NCBI GenBank assembly: GCA_028718635.1
Contig: JAQULK010000001.1
Location: 242,944 to 306,943, forward strand
DNA length: 64,000 nucleotides
Direction of reading: 5' to 3'
From: Minisyncoccota bacterium
GTDB taxonomy: Bacteria > Patescibacteriota > Minisyncoccia > Phycocordibacterales > UBA9973
Shown: piece after piece, positions 27,398 to 36,535 of the stretch
How positions within the stretch are numbered: position 1 is the stretch's first letter
How the letters are laid out: each line of letters begins with the position of its first letter
Program-made: the position numbers and the translations under genes
The notes under the pieces: generated by a model
Database searches by the model: none
What the model was told of the DNA's origin: nothing
What the model saw: the letters and a program-made list of their open reading frames with translations, nothing else

Positions 27398-28717
27398 TTA
27401 ATCAATCAAAGTAAGAACTTTTACAGTAATTTTTATTTTAGACTTAAAACATCCCATCAGCTCTCGCTTTTCTTGATTGGTGCCTTCTTTAAAAATATAC
27501 TTGGCATAAGTTCTTAAATCTATGTCTTCGTGCTTAGTCTTTGAATTTTGGACTCCCAATACTCCTTTTTGAAATCTATTATGCCGCTTCAATTCATCCT
27601 CAAATTTATGTTGTATCCCAATTTTATTCAGATCCACCTTATCTAGACTAATAAGGAGTTGATCAATTAATTCTTCTTCCCTCATATATGGGTTCTTGCA
27701 ATGTCGATCCCTTGATCTTCCGCATCCATAGTAAATATACTTAGCTACCGTTCCATCTTTTAGTTGTTTGTATTTCTCTTCAGCTGATATTCCAGAGCCA
27801 CATAGTCCGCAGGTCATTAATTTTGTAAAGGCAAACTCATGACTTTGTCGTATAATATTGTCTCTTTTTAATTGTGCCTGCACTTGTTCAAATAATTCTT
27901 TAGTGACTATTGGTTCATGTTTGCCTGCGTACCAATTACCTGATTTTTTTGGATACTCAAATGTTCCATAATAGAATGGGTTCATCAAAGTTCGGTAAAT
28001 ATTTCCAAGTGCTAGGTTTTTATTTCCTATTGTCTTGAAATTTAATTCAAACTTAAGCCACTGATGTACCTTTCTGCCGGACCATTTATCGTATGCAACT
28101 TTTTCGTACATTTTCTTTATGATATGCCCACGATCAGGATCAATAATTACCTGACACTTTTTATCCATAAGTTTTTGATTAAGATATCCAGTTGGTGCCA
28201 CTCCAGGCCATAACCCCATCTCTACTCTTGTTCTCAACCCTCGCTTCACATTAATTCCTCGATTATCATTTTCAAGTTTTGCTTGTCCACATAAAATCAT
28301 CAACATGAATTTGTCGTTTGGCGAGTTCATGAACCGTTGACCAAATGTTCGGATGTCTTGCAATAAATTCGCATCCATTAAGTCTACAATTTTCCCAAGA
28401 TCGCCCGCGTTACGACTGATGCGGTCAGGAGCCCACGTCAAAATTCCATTGAATTTTCCTTGCTTTAGTTCTTCAATAATTTCGTTAAAGACTGGTCGTT
28501 GTCCGGTTTCTTTTGCACTATGTGATTCTCTTTTCATTGTAATAACCTCTAATCCCTCACGATCTGCGAGTTGTAACATCTCCTTAATTTGGCTGTCTAT
28601 GCTCAAAACCTGCCGTTCTTCAGACTCAGTGCTTTTTCTTGCATAAAGGCAGTATTTTACCTTTATGGGAGTTGCTTGTTTGACCGTCACTCCAGTCGGC
28701 ATTTGCATCGTATTCAT
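27398..28717 (-). CDS. large serine recombinase (resolvase/invertase-type catalytic domain plus recombinase and zinc-ribbon domains)
   Basis: YARKSTESEERQVLSIDSQ (catalytic Ser region), a resolvase fold, and a C-terminal CGLCGS...YYGC zinc ribbon. Confidence 0.8.
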   Translation of the reverse strand: MNTMQMPTGVTVKQATPIKVKYCLYARKSTESEERQVLSIDSQIKEMLQLADREGLEVITMKRESHSAKETGQRPVFNEIIEELKQGKFNGILTWAPDRISRNAGDLGKIVDLMDANLLQDIRTFGQRFMNSPNDKFMLMILCGQAKLENDNRGINVKRGLRTRVEMGLWPGVAPTGYLNQKLMDKKCQVIIDPDRGHIIKKMYEKVAYDKWSGRKVHQWLKFELNFKTIGNKNLALGNIYRTLMNPFYYGTFEYPKKSGNWYAGKHEPIVTKELFEQVQAQLKRDNIIRQSHEFAFTKLMTCGLCGSGISAEEKYKQLKDGTVAKYIYYGCGRSRDRHCKNPYMREEELIDQLLISLDKVDLNKIGIQHKFEDELKRHNRFQKGVLGVQNSKTKHEDIDLRTYAKYIFKEGTNQEKRELMGCFKSKIKITVKVLTLID

Positions 28718-28834
28718 ATATACCTAATGAATGACGCAAAGCCCTGTAGGAGTCCAGAGCGTCTCGGTTGGTACTGTTGGTAACTTTAAAGCTTTAGAAT
28801 CATTAAAAATAATGTTAAAATGAATTAACTATTT

Positions 28835-30142
28835 ATGGAGAACTTTAACGATAAATTTTTACTTTCTTTTGAAAAAGAATTTAATATCAATTATCCAAAA
28901 ATTAACTCTGCAACATATAAGAGTCTTGTTAATTATGCTTCTGATTTAGATTTACCAATACAAAGCTGGTATCGCTACAAGGAAGGATACTCGATTAAGC
29001 TAGTTGATCAAGTTCTTACTAAGTACAATGTAAAACAAGGCGACCTAATAGTCGACCCTTTTTGTGGTAGTGGAAGTACTCTTTTACAAGCCAAAATAAA
29101 TAGATGTAACAGCATTGGTTTTGAGATAAATCCTTTTTCTGCATTTTTAGCAAAAGTAAAGACTCAAGATTATAAAAAACAAGATATTTTAATATTTAAT
29201 GAAAATGTAATTGAACTTAAAAAAGTGACAAGTAAACAGAACGTTGATATTCCAAAACTTTCAACAATTGAACAACTTTTTGAAAAAAAAGCACTATTTT
29301 ATCTTTTAACTTTAAAAGATAAAATTAATAAAATAAAAAATAAAAAAGTTTCTAATTTACTGATGCTCGCTTGGTTGGGTATTCTTGAAGAAGCATCAAA
29401 TTATAAAAAAGCTGGTAATGGTTTAAAGTTCCGTAAAACTATTAAAAAAACACTTCGAGATCAGGAGTATGTAAGAAAAATATTCTTTAAGGCAATCGAT
29501 AATATAAAAAATGATTTAGATTTTGCGGTTAAGATATCTAACAAGGTAGATACAGAGGTCATTGAAGACTCTTGTTTTAATTTAAATAAATACACAAAAA
29601 AAAATTCTATAAAAGGTGTTATTTTTTCACCCCCTTATGCTAATTGTTTTGACTATACAGAAATATATAAAGTAGAACTTTGGATGGGTTCTTTTGTAAA
29701 AGAATACTCTGATTTAAAAGTTTTACGAAAGAAAGGTATTAGATCTCATTTAAATGGATATGAAATAGAATCTAAGCTTGCAGTAAAAAGCGTTCCAGAG
29801 TTAGGAGCATTAGTGAAGGAACTTTCTTTAAAAAAACTTTGGGATAAAAGAATTCCAAAGATGATAGAAGCATACTTTAATGATATGTTTCGTTCAATGG
29901 CTGAAATATATAAAGGATTAAAAAAGAATGGGTTTTGTGTAATTATTGTTAGTAATTCTGCATATGGAGGAATAGTTATCCCAACTGATCTATTATTAGC
30001 AAAATTCGCTAAGCATTTAGGTTTTAAGGTTTCTTCAATTGATGTTGCTCGTAACATTATTACTAGTTCACAACAATACAAAGAAACCGAAAAATACCGT
30101 GGTTACTTAAGAGAAAGTATCATTTACTTGGAAAAAAAATAG
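28835..30142 (+). CDS. DNA methyltransferase (alpha-class N6-A/N4-C), motif I DPFCGSGST, motif IV SPPY
   Basis: LIVDPFCGSGSTLLQA at about aa 70 and VIFSPPYANCFDY at about aa 265. Confidence 0.7.
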   Translation: MENFNDKFLLSFEKEFNINYPKINSATYKSLVNYASDLDLPIQSWYRYKEGYSIKLVDQVLTKYNVKQGDLIVDPFCGSGSTLLQAKINRCNSIGFEINPFSAFLAKVKTQDYKKQDILIFNENVIELKKVTSKQNVDIPKLSTIEQLFEKKALFYLLTLKDKINKIKNKKVSNLLMLAWLGILEEASNYKKAGNGLKFRKTIKKTLRDQEYVRKIFFKAIDNIKNDLDFAVKISNKVDTEVIEDSCFNLNKYTKKNSIKGVIFSPPYANCFDYTEIYKVELWMGSFVKEYSDLKVLRKKGIRSHLNGYEIESKLAVKSVPELGALVKELSLKKLWDKRIPKMIEAYFNDMFRSMAEIYKGLKKNGFCVIIVSNSAYGGIVIPTDLLLAKFAKHLGFKVSSIDVARNIITSSQQYKETEKYRGYLRESIIYLEKK

Positions 30143-30144
30143 AA

Positions 30145-31440
30145 ATGGAAAAAGATGAAAAAGAGAAAATTATAGAAGTAACTAATATCCCAGCAAAACC
30201 AAAAGACGGGGATGTTTTTTTAATAAAAGCATTTGGTATTTCAAGTTTTACTCATGGCATTTTTAAGTACCCATGTAAATTCATACCACATATCCCACGT
30301 TGGTTTATAGAAAATTATGCTTCAACTGATACAAAAAAATATGGTGTAATAGATCCATTTATGGGTTCAGGAACAACTCTCGTAGAAGCTTCTTTGTTAG
30401 GTTATCCTAGTTATGGTATTGATATTGATCCATTAAGTAAATTATTGAGTAATGTTAAAACCACACCATTTTATGATAGAGAATTTTCTATTATTGATCA
30501 ATTTATCTCTGATTATAAAATAACAATAAAAAAGCCTGATCAATTAAAAAATAAGATTGAGGAGTTTGTTCCTGATAGGGATTTAATTAATTACTGGTTT
30601 TCTGAGTCTACAATTAAAGATCTCGCACTTATTCGTTTTCTAATTCAAAAAAACTTTACTCAATTTAAGAATAAAAAGGTAAAAAACTTTCTTGAAATTG
30701 TATTGGCTTCTATAATACGAAAAGTTTCTAAGGCGGATAATCAATCACCTAAACCGTATATTTCAACTAAAATAAAAAAAGATCACGTTATTGTGTTTGA
30801 TGAATTTTATAAAAACCTAATTAAGTATATAGATTCAATTAAGCAGTTTTCAGATGAATCAAAAGCAGAGGTAAAAATAATTGGATTTGACGCAAGAAGT
30901 GTTGATAAAAAATCTCTCTATTTTAATAAGGTTAGTTTAGCAATGACATCACCACCTTATATAAATGCCTTCGATTATGTTCGTTCCTTAAAGCTAGAAA
31001 ACTTTTGGCTTGATGGTTTTAGTAAACAAAAGTTAGATGAACTTTATGATCATCAGATTGGCTCAGAAAAAGTAAAAACTTTAAAAGAAGTTCCTGCATA
31101 TGGAATTAAAGAACTTGATTCTGTATTGGCTCAAATATATTTATTAGACAAAAAAAGAGCATGGATTACTTTTAAGTATTTTCAGGCAATGACAGAAAAT
31201 CTAAAATCTATACATGATTCTCTTCAAAAAGGAGGATATTATTGCATAGTTGTAGGAAACAGTAAAATAAGAGGATTTGATGTTGATACAGCTAGTATTT
31301 TGTTAAAAATAGCAAAAGATGTAGGATATAAAAAGAAGCTTGTCTTTTCTTATATAATAAGAAATAGATACCTTCGTATCCCAAGATCTGGTCGAGGTGG
31401 ATTTATCCCTAAAGACTATGTATTAGTTTTTGAAAAATAA
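30145..31440 (+). CDS. second DNA methyltransferase (alpha-class), motif I DPFMGSGTT, motif IV SPPY
   Basis: IDPFMGSGTTLVEA and AMTSPPYINAFDY. It starts 3 nt after the first methyltransferase gene. Confidence 0.7.
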   Translation: MEKDEKEKIIEVTNIPAKPKDGDVFLIKAFGISSFTHGIFKYPCKFIPHIPRWFIENYASTDTKKYGVIDPFMGSGTTLVEASLLGYPSYGIDIDPLSKLLSNVKTTPFYDREFSIIDQFISDYKITIKKPDQLKNKIEEFVPDRDLINYWFSESTIKDLALIRFLIQKNFTQFKNKKVKNFLEIVLASIIRKVSKADNQSPKPYISTKIKKDHVIVFDEFYKNLIKYIDSIKQFSDESKAEVKIIGFDARSVDKKSLYFNKVSLAMTSPPYINAFDYVRSLKLENFWLDGFSKQKLDELYDHQIGSEKVKTLKEVPAYGIKELDSVLAQIYLLDKKRAWITFKYFQAMTENLKSIHDSLQKGGYYCIVVGNSKIRGFDVDTASILLKIAKDVGYKKKLVFSYIIRNRYLRIPRSGRGGFIPKDYVLVFEK

Positions 31441-33145
31441 TTTTATGACACGAACAAGGAGTTTAGAAATTTGGCATATACCAAAGAGACAAAATATCCA
31501 TCAAATTATTGGTTCTGTAGAAATCTTATCTCAAGATAGTTTTAATGGAAAATCTTGGACTTCAATGAAACAAGAAGCTTTTAATACTCTTCTTGGGAAA
31601 CATGGCTTAACTAAAAGAGGTAGACCTTTATCTCCATCAGCAAGAAGAACATTAGAGGCCCTAATTAAATATTTAGGTTTTATTGTTATCGATAATTCCA
31701 CAACACCTTCAACAATACATGTAACAAATGCAGGTTTTGAGCTAATAAAAAAACACGGTTCCGTTTTGGGTTTAGGAAAAAATTTAACTATTGTTTCTGG
31801 TAATGGAAAAGAAATTTTGGAATCTAAGGTTGTGGAACACCAAATGAATAAGTTGCAAATTACGAATCCTGTAATAAAGGAGGATTGTGTAAATATTCTT
31901 CTTTTCCCATTTCGTGTTACCTTAAAACTTTTATTAGAACTCGAATCCCTTTCGAAGGAAGAATTAGGATACATTGTTTTCTCAATGAAAAAGGAAGATG
32001 AGTATAAATTAATTATTGAAAAAATTAAAACTTTTAGACAACTACCAGAGAAACGAAGAAAAGCAGAAATTGATGCTTTTAAAAATACTGAGGTTGGTAA
32101 TCTTACTTTAGTACAAGCACCTACCGCAGGTTACTATATTGGTCTTTGTGTTGCTACAGGTTTATGTGAAAGAAAATCTAGTGATTTATGTATAAAAGTA
32201 GATAAAAAAGAAGAAATACTTTTAATCCTTGAAAAATACAAAAATATTAGACCATTTGATTTTGGAGATAATTTAAGACTTTGGATTGAATATTTTGGTG
32301 ATTTCAAAAGAATACGGCCACCATTACTTGTTAATGTTCACATTAACTTACCTGAAAAATGCTATGTTCGTGTTTATAACCACGAAAATAAAGAAACTTC
32401 TTCTGGTGTTGTTTCGGGTTCTTTATCCTTTGGCGCCGCTCTTTTTGAAAATGAAGAGTATAAATTTGATTTTTTTAGTTTTAGTGATGCAACACTTTTT
32501 TACTCTGAAAAGAAAAAAATTAAATCAGATACTATTAAATTTTTACTCCCCACGGTGAAAAAAGCTATACAAGGAGATGATACACAAGAAATATTAGAGA
32601 AGAAAATTTTAGAGCTTATAGCTAGTAAAGATTATGATTCTTTATATGGTCATCATATATCTATAGTTAGTTCAATTACCGGTAAGAATAATTTTAATAC
32701 TGCCCAACTTAGGGGTGGCCGACTAGAATATTTATTTTTTAAATTACTTCAAAAGTATAAAGACTTAGGTAAAATCGATGATGTTATATGGAATGGTCGG
32801 GTTGATGAATTTGGAATTATGTATCCAGCATTGGGTGGTAAAGAAGGATATCCGGATGTATATTTTTTTATAAAACAAAATGTTTATGTTCTAGAACTTA
32901 CAACAATAAGGGCTAATGCAATGCAGTGGTCTGCGGAAGGAGGTTCCGTGCACGATCACATAATGAACCTTCAAAAGAAAATCGGTACTCAGTATTTTAC
33001 TCATGGTATTTTTTCTGCACCAACTATTGCACCAAGAATTGAGGGAATGTATAAACACATCGCTACAAAAGAAGATACTCCTCATCACACAATACCAATT
33101 GAAGCATTGATAAAGGAACTTAAAAAGTTGCCGAATATTTTTTAA
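31430..33145 (+). CDS. hypothetical 571-aa protein, a candidate restriction endonuclease partner of the two methyltransferases
   Basis: It overlaps the second methyltransferase gene by 11 nt (operon). The C-terminal GYPDVYFF...VLELTTIR is weakly PD-ExK-like. No firm motif. Confidence 0.3.
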   Translation: MKNNFMTRTRSLEIWHIPKRQNIHQIIGSVEILSQDSFNGKSWTSMKQEAFNTLLGKHGLTKRGRPLSPSARRTLEALIKYLGFIVIDNSTTPSTIHVTNAGFELIKKHGSVLGLGKNLTIVSGNGKEILESKVVEHQMNKLQITNPVIKEDCVNILLFPFRVTLKLLLELESLSKEELGYIVFSMKKEDEYKLIIEKIKTFRQLPEKRRKAEIDAFKNTEVGNLTLVQAPTAGYYIGLCVATGLCERKSSDLCIKVDKKEEILLILEKYKNIRPFDFGDNLRLWIEYFGDFKRIRPPLLVNVHINLPEKCYVRVYNHENKETSSGVVSGSLSFGAALFENEEYKFDFFSFSDATLFYSEKKKIKSDTIKFLLPTVKKAIQGDDTQEILEKKILELIASKDYDSLYGHHISIVSSITGKNNFNTAQLRGGRLEYLFFKLLQKYKDLGKIDDVIWNGRVDEFGIMYPALGGKEGYPDVYFFIKQNVYVLELTTIRANAMQWSAEGGSVHDHIMNLQKKIGTQYFTHGIFSAPTIAPRIEGMYKHIATKEDTPHHTIPIEALIKELKKLPNIF

Positions 33146-33403
33146 GTCTTAAAAACAAAATGCCAAAAACAAAAAAACTTAAAAAACCGACTCCCTCAGA
33201 AATACAAAAAAGAAAAACAATTGAGTTAGGTGCTGAACGACTCGCTGAGATTTTTATATCACAAATTGACGAACAACACCTATCAAAAAATAAGGACTCG
33301 TCAGATTCAGCTGTTGGTAACTAAACTACACAAATCCTATGATCTAAGCTAGGATGGCAAGACCTCTAAAAAAGAGGTATAATCTCATTACAAATTAATA
33401 AAG

Positions 33404-33585
33404 TTGACCTAACCCCTAAAATCTTTAGGATATGGTCTTATGAAAACTCGCTACAAGATAAAGAACCCTTCGTCAGGGTACTTGTAGCGAGTCATAATCG
33501 GAAACGGTTATGGGTGGTCGAAAGACCATCGCCCGGCGGAGGGCTTTTTGTCTCTCTAGGCAACTAATAAAACTCGCTACAAAAA
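33404..33585 (+). promoter_or_regulatory. promoter-like site (-35 TTGACC, -10 TAGGAT) plus a structured leader with three copies of AACTCGCTACAAG (two direct, one inverted) and a terminator-like GCCCGGCGGAGGGC-T5
   Basis: Repeats at 33442-33455, 33481-33494 (inverted) and 33572-33585 (abutting the ATG at 33586). A GGTGGTC-GAAA-GACCATC tetraloop hairpin sits at 33513-33530. Confidence 0.4.
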
Positions 33586-34242
33586 ATGAAAACACAACAG
33601 AGTGTAATTCAAGATTTATTTCTTGAATATGGGCTACTCAATTCGGATCTCACAATCAACGAATTAAAAATTAAACCAATCTTGGCAAAATTAAAGAAGG
33701 GTCTAAAACAGTATTTAAGTATTCAGCGAAGCGTTAATATTACGGATACAAGCAAAGATATCTTGTTCCAAGAAATGTTTAGTAATTTTTATGGTTTTGA
33801 TCGAAATAGAGATAGCGCTTGGAAAAAAGAATATTTTAATTTGTTTGAAACATTAAAAATAAAAGACAGAGATTTCAAGAAAACACTTGAAGGAGTGTAT
33901 ACAAAAACAAATAAAATAGAGCCGTCATTTTCCAGTAAGCTTTTAGCAACTCTTAATCCTGATTTACCTGTAATAGATAAGTGGATACTAAAAAATCTTT
34001 CTCTTGAAAAGGAATCTCAAAAAATAAGCAGACTGAAAGATGTATCAGAGCGACTTAATGAAACTGAAAATTTGTACAAAAAATTGTCAGAAATGTTTGA
34101 AGAATTTATAACCACAAAAGGTGCAGATAATTTATTTGATCGCTTTGTTTCTGAATATCCTTTCACTAATACAACACAAAATTCCAGCCTAACGAAAGCT
34201 AAGATGCTTGATCTCATACTTTGGCAATTACGAAGGAAATAA
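33586..34242 (+). CDS. hypothetical protein
   Basis: 218-aa ORF with no motif. Confidence 0.3.
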   Translation: MKTQQSVIQDLFLEYGLLNSDLTINELKIKPILAKLKKGLKQYLSIQRSVNITDTSKDILFQEMFSNFYGFDRNRDSAWKKEYFNLFETLKIKDRDFKKTLEGVYTKTNKIEPSFSSKLLATLNPDLPVIDKWILKNLSLEKESQKISRLKDVSERLNETENLYKKLSEMFEEFITTKGADNLFDRFVSEYPFTNTTQNSSLTKAKMLDLILWQLRRK

Positions 34243-34246
34243 TACC

Positions 34247-34768
34247 TTATTCCCAACTTTCTCTGGGTCTTTTGTTTCTTTCCCTTGCATTTTTTAAAAT
34301 ACTTTTCATAAGTGCATCTTTTTCTTTTTTTGCTTTTGGATTTGACAATCTTGTGACCTCTGCCTTTATTCTTTGTTTCATTTCTTGTTCTTTATTTTCT
34401 TTTTCGACAGCTACACGAATGCAAAGTTCACAGACTTCTGATTCATCATTGTGTTGATGTACGAAAAGTGGAGGAGGATCAATATTCCGCTTTGGAGCAT
34501 ATTTTGGATTATTGTTAATTAGATGAAATTTGATTGCTGGAAAGTATCCTTCCTTTAGTTTCTTTGCCAACCCCATTTCTGCAATTTCATCTATTTGAGA
34601 CACTCCTGCTTTCATGGCAACATTCACTTCTCGTCTGAATTCAGGACTATCCTTCATCCATCGGTAAATTGTAGCCCTCGAAATACCCGTCTTTTTGGAG
34701 GCGAACGAGATCCATGGAGATTCACGAAGAATCTCCAAAAACTTTGATTTTTCATAATTATGTTTCAT
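34247..34768 (-). CDS. HTH-containing small protein (phage terminase-small-subunit/Psq-like HTH)
   Basis: ISFASKKTGISRATIYRWMKD HTH. It lies directly downstream of the ParB-methyltransferase gene. Confidence 0.4.
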   Translation of the reverse strand: MKHNYEKSKFLEILRESPWISFASKKTGISRATIYRWMKDSPEFRREVNVAMKAGVSQIDEIAEMGLAKKLKEGYFPAIKFHLINNNPKYAPKRNIDPPPLFVHQHNDESEVCELCIRVAVEKENKEQEMKQRIKAEVTRLSNPKAKKEKDALMKSILKNARERNKRPRESWE

Positions 34769-36094
34769 TTAAGATAATTTAATCCTTCTTTTACCAGTGA
34801 ACTTCTCCCAGCGATTAATAATAACTTCTGTGTAGACTGGAGACTTCTCCATGACAAAACATCTACGTTTTAGCTTTATTGATGCAATTAACGTCGAACC
34901 TGATCCGCCAAATGGCTCAAGCACTAATTGATCCCTAGTCGTTAGAACTTTGATATATGGAATTAAGATTTCTAACGGTTTGGTTCCAAAGATAATGCCT
35001 TGTCCTGATGATTTTTCGTCAGCGGCAAGATGTTCAATATGATCTGTGGGACAATATTTTTTACCTTTACCATAGCTTTCCCATTGAGGACTGCCTGAGA
35101 TAGCAAACAGAGCCGTATTATATTCATTCTCCAGTAATTCTTCCTCGATTTCAGTCTGCAAGCCCTCATGCTGTTCGCTAGTTGCCACCATCGCAATATC
35201 GTACTTCGAGAAAAATTTATGCTTACCCGCATATCCTTGGTTTCTGTTAGCAAGATGCCACACGAGCATATTTTTAACTTTCCAATACTTTTCCATTTCA
35301 TTCCAAATGGTCCTGATATTTTTCCAGTTCTCATAACAAATAATGGAAAAATCTTCTGCTTGTACTTTATGCACATTCGCCATCCATAATTCAGTAAAAT
35401 TATCAGGCAAGACATCAGTTTCAAGATATCGTCTATTTTTCTTTGCGCCAAATCCTTCAGTCGCTTTCCCTTGGCGGCTTTTTCCATGGAGATAATCTAA
35501 AATATATGGCGGATCAGTCATAACCATATCTATTTTATCTTCACCACAGAGCTTTAACATATCTGCTTCTACCGTACTATCGCCACACATAACTTTTGAA
35601 CCATCTAAGTCATACACATCTCCTTTTTCAACAGTTATCTTTTCGATATTTAATTTTTCTAGCTCTTTGTTTAGGTCGAATTGTTCTTCCACTTTGTCTT
35701 CTTCAAAGATGCTGTCTATGTCCTCAGAAGTAAAACCGACATCTGCGAGGAATGCTTCGTCGAACTTAGCTAAAAGATTAAAGTCAAACTCTCCAGTATT
35801 TTTGTTAAGCCTGATATTTAGTTCTTTTTCTTTTTCGATATCAGGAATATTAATGTAGACAACTGGCACTTCTTCAATACCAAGTTCCTTGATCACAGAC
35901 AATCTAAAGTGACCTCCGATAACAACATTTTTTCTTTCTTCGGCAGAATTCACAAGTAGTGGATCTACTATACCGAATTTTTTAATACTTTCTTTTAACT
36001 GACTCTCTGCTTCTTTATCCCATTTTCTAGGATTATATTCTGCAATCTTGAGTTCGCTTACAACCACATGCACTATTTTTATTTTTTCTGGCAT
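34769..36094 (-). CDS. ParB-like nuclease domain fused to an N6-adenine/N4-cytosine DNA methyltransferase (DPPY)
   Basis: The N-terminal ParB/Srx-like region VHVVVSELKIAEYNPRKWD...GIVDPLLVN and MVMTDPPYILDY are common in phage/plasmid methyltransferases. Confidence 0.7.
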   Translation of the reverse strand: MPEKIKIVHVVVSELKIAEYNPRKWDKEAESQLKESIKKFGIVDPLLVNSAEERKNVVIGGHFRLSVIKELGIEEVPVVYINIPDIEKEKELNIRLNKNTGEFDFNLLAKFDEAFLADVGFTSEDIDSIFEEDKVEEQFDLNKELEKLNIEKITVEKGDVYDLDGSKVMCGDSTVEADMLKLCGEDKIDMVMTDPPYILDYLHGKSRQGKATEGFGAKKNRRYLETDVLPDNFTELWMANVHKVQAEDFSIICYENWKNIRTIWNEMEKYWKVKNMLVWHLANRNQGYAGKHKFFSKYDIAMVATSEQHEGLQTEIEEELLENEYNTALFAISGSPQWESYGKGKKYCPTDHIEHLAADEKSSGQGIIFGTKPLEILIPYIKVLTTRDQLVLEPFGGSGSTLIASIKLKRRCFVMEKSPVYTEVIINRWEKFTGKRRIKLS

Positions 36095-36128
36095 ATTTTT
36101 TTTAAGTTAAATTTAATAATGAGACAAC

Positions 36129-36160
36129 AAAAAAACAGCTTGGTAGCTGCCTTTTCTTTT
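36129..36160. terminator. bidirectional terminator-like hairpin (A-run, CAGCT-TGGT-AGCTG, T-run)
   Basis: Read from the sequence in a 440-bp divergent intergenic region. Confidence 0.35.
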
Positions 36161-36535
36161 CAATAAAATATTAAATTTATTGATGAAGAATTGGCAACTT
36201 TTTGAAACACTAAACAGATTGTTTAGTCACAAGATTGCCAACTCCACACCAATTCCCTAATTTACGACTTCGGCCATTCGTTTACCTGAATGATAAGGTT
36301 ATGCATTTAAATCGACCATTAAAACATAAGATACTTTTTGCCTCTTTAGCTTTGTAAAAAAGAGAATAAATATTTGTTGGGACAATGCACAACTCTTACT
36401 CTTTAAAGATAAAGAAAAGATTATTGCACATTGGTCTGCGTTATAAACTCAAAGAACTATTTTTAGTATATCAAGCGTAAATAGCTAGGCAAGGAAAAAA
36501 GTGGAAAACTTTTATAAATTTTCTATAATAAATAC

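Noticed and set aside
33160-33324. 54-aa ORF (MPKTKKLKKPTPSEIQKRK...) as a controller protein of the restriction-modification-like module
   Set aside because: It has no HTH or recognisable motif and is below the ORF-track threshold. It is mentioned only as part of the structured-leader finding.
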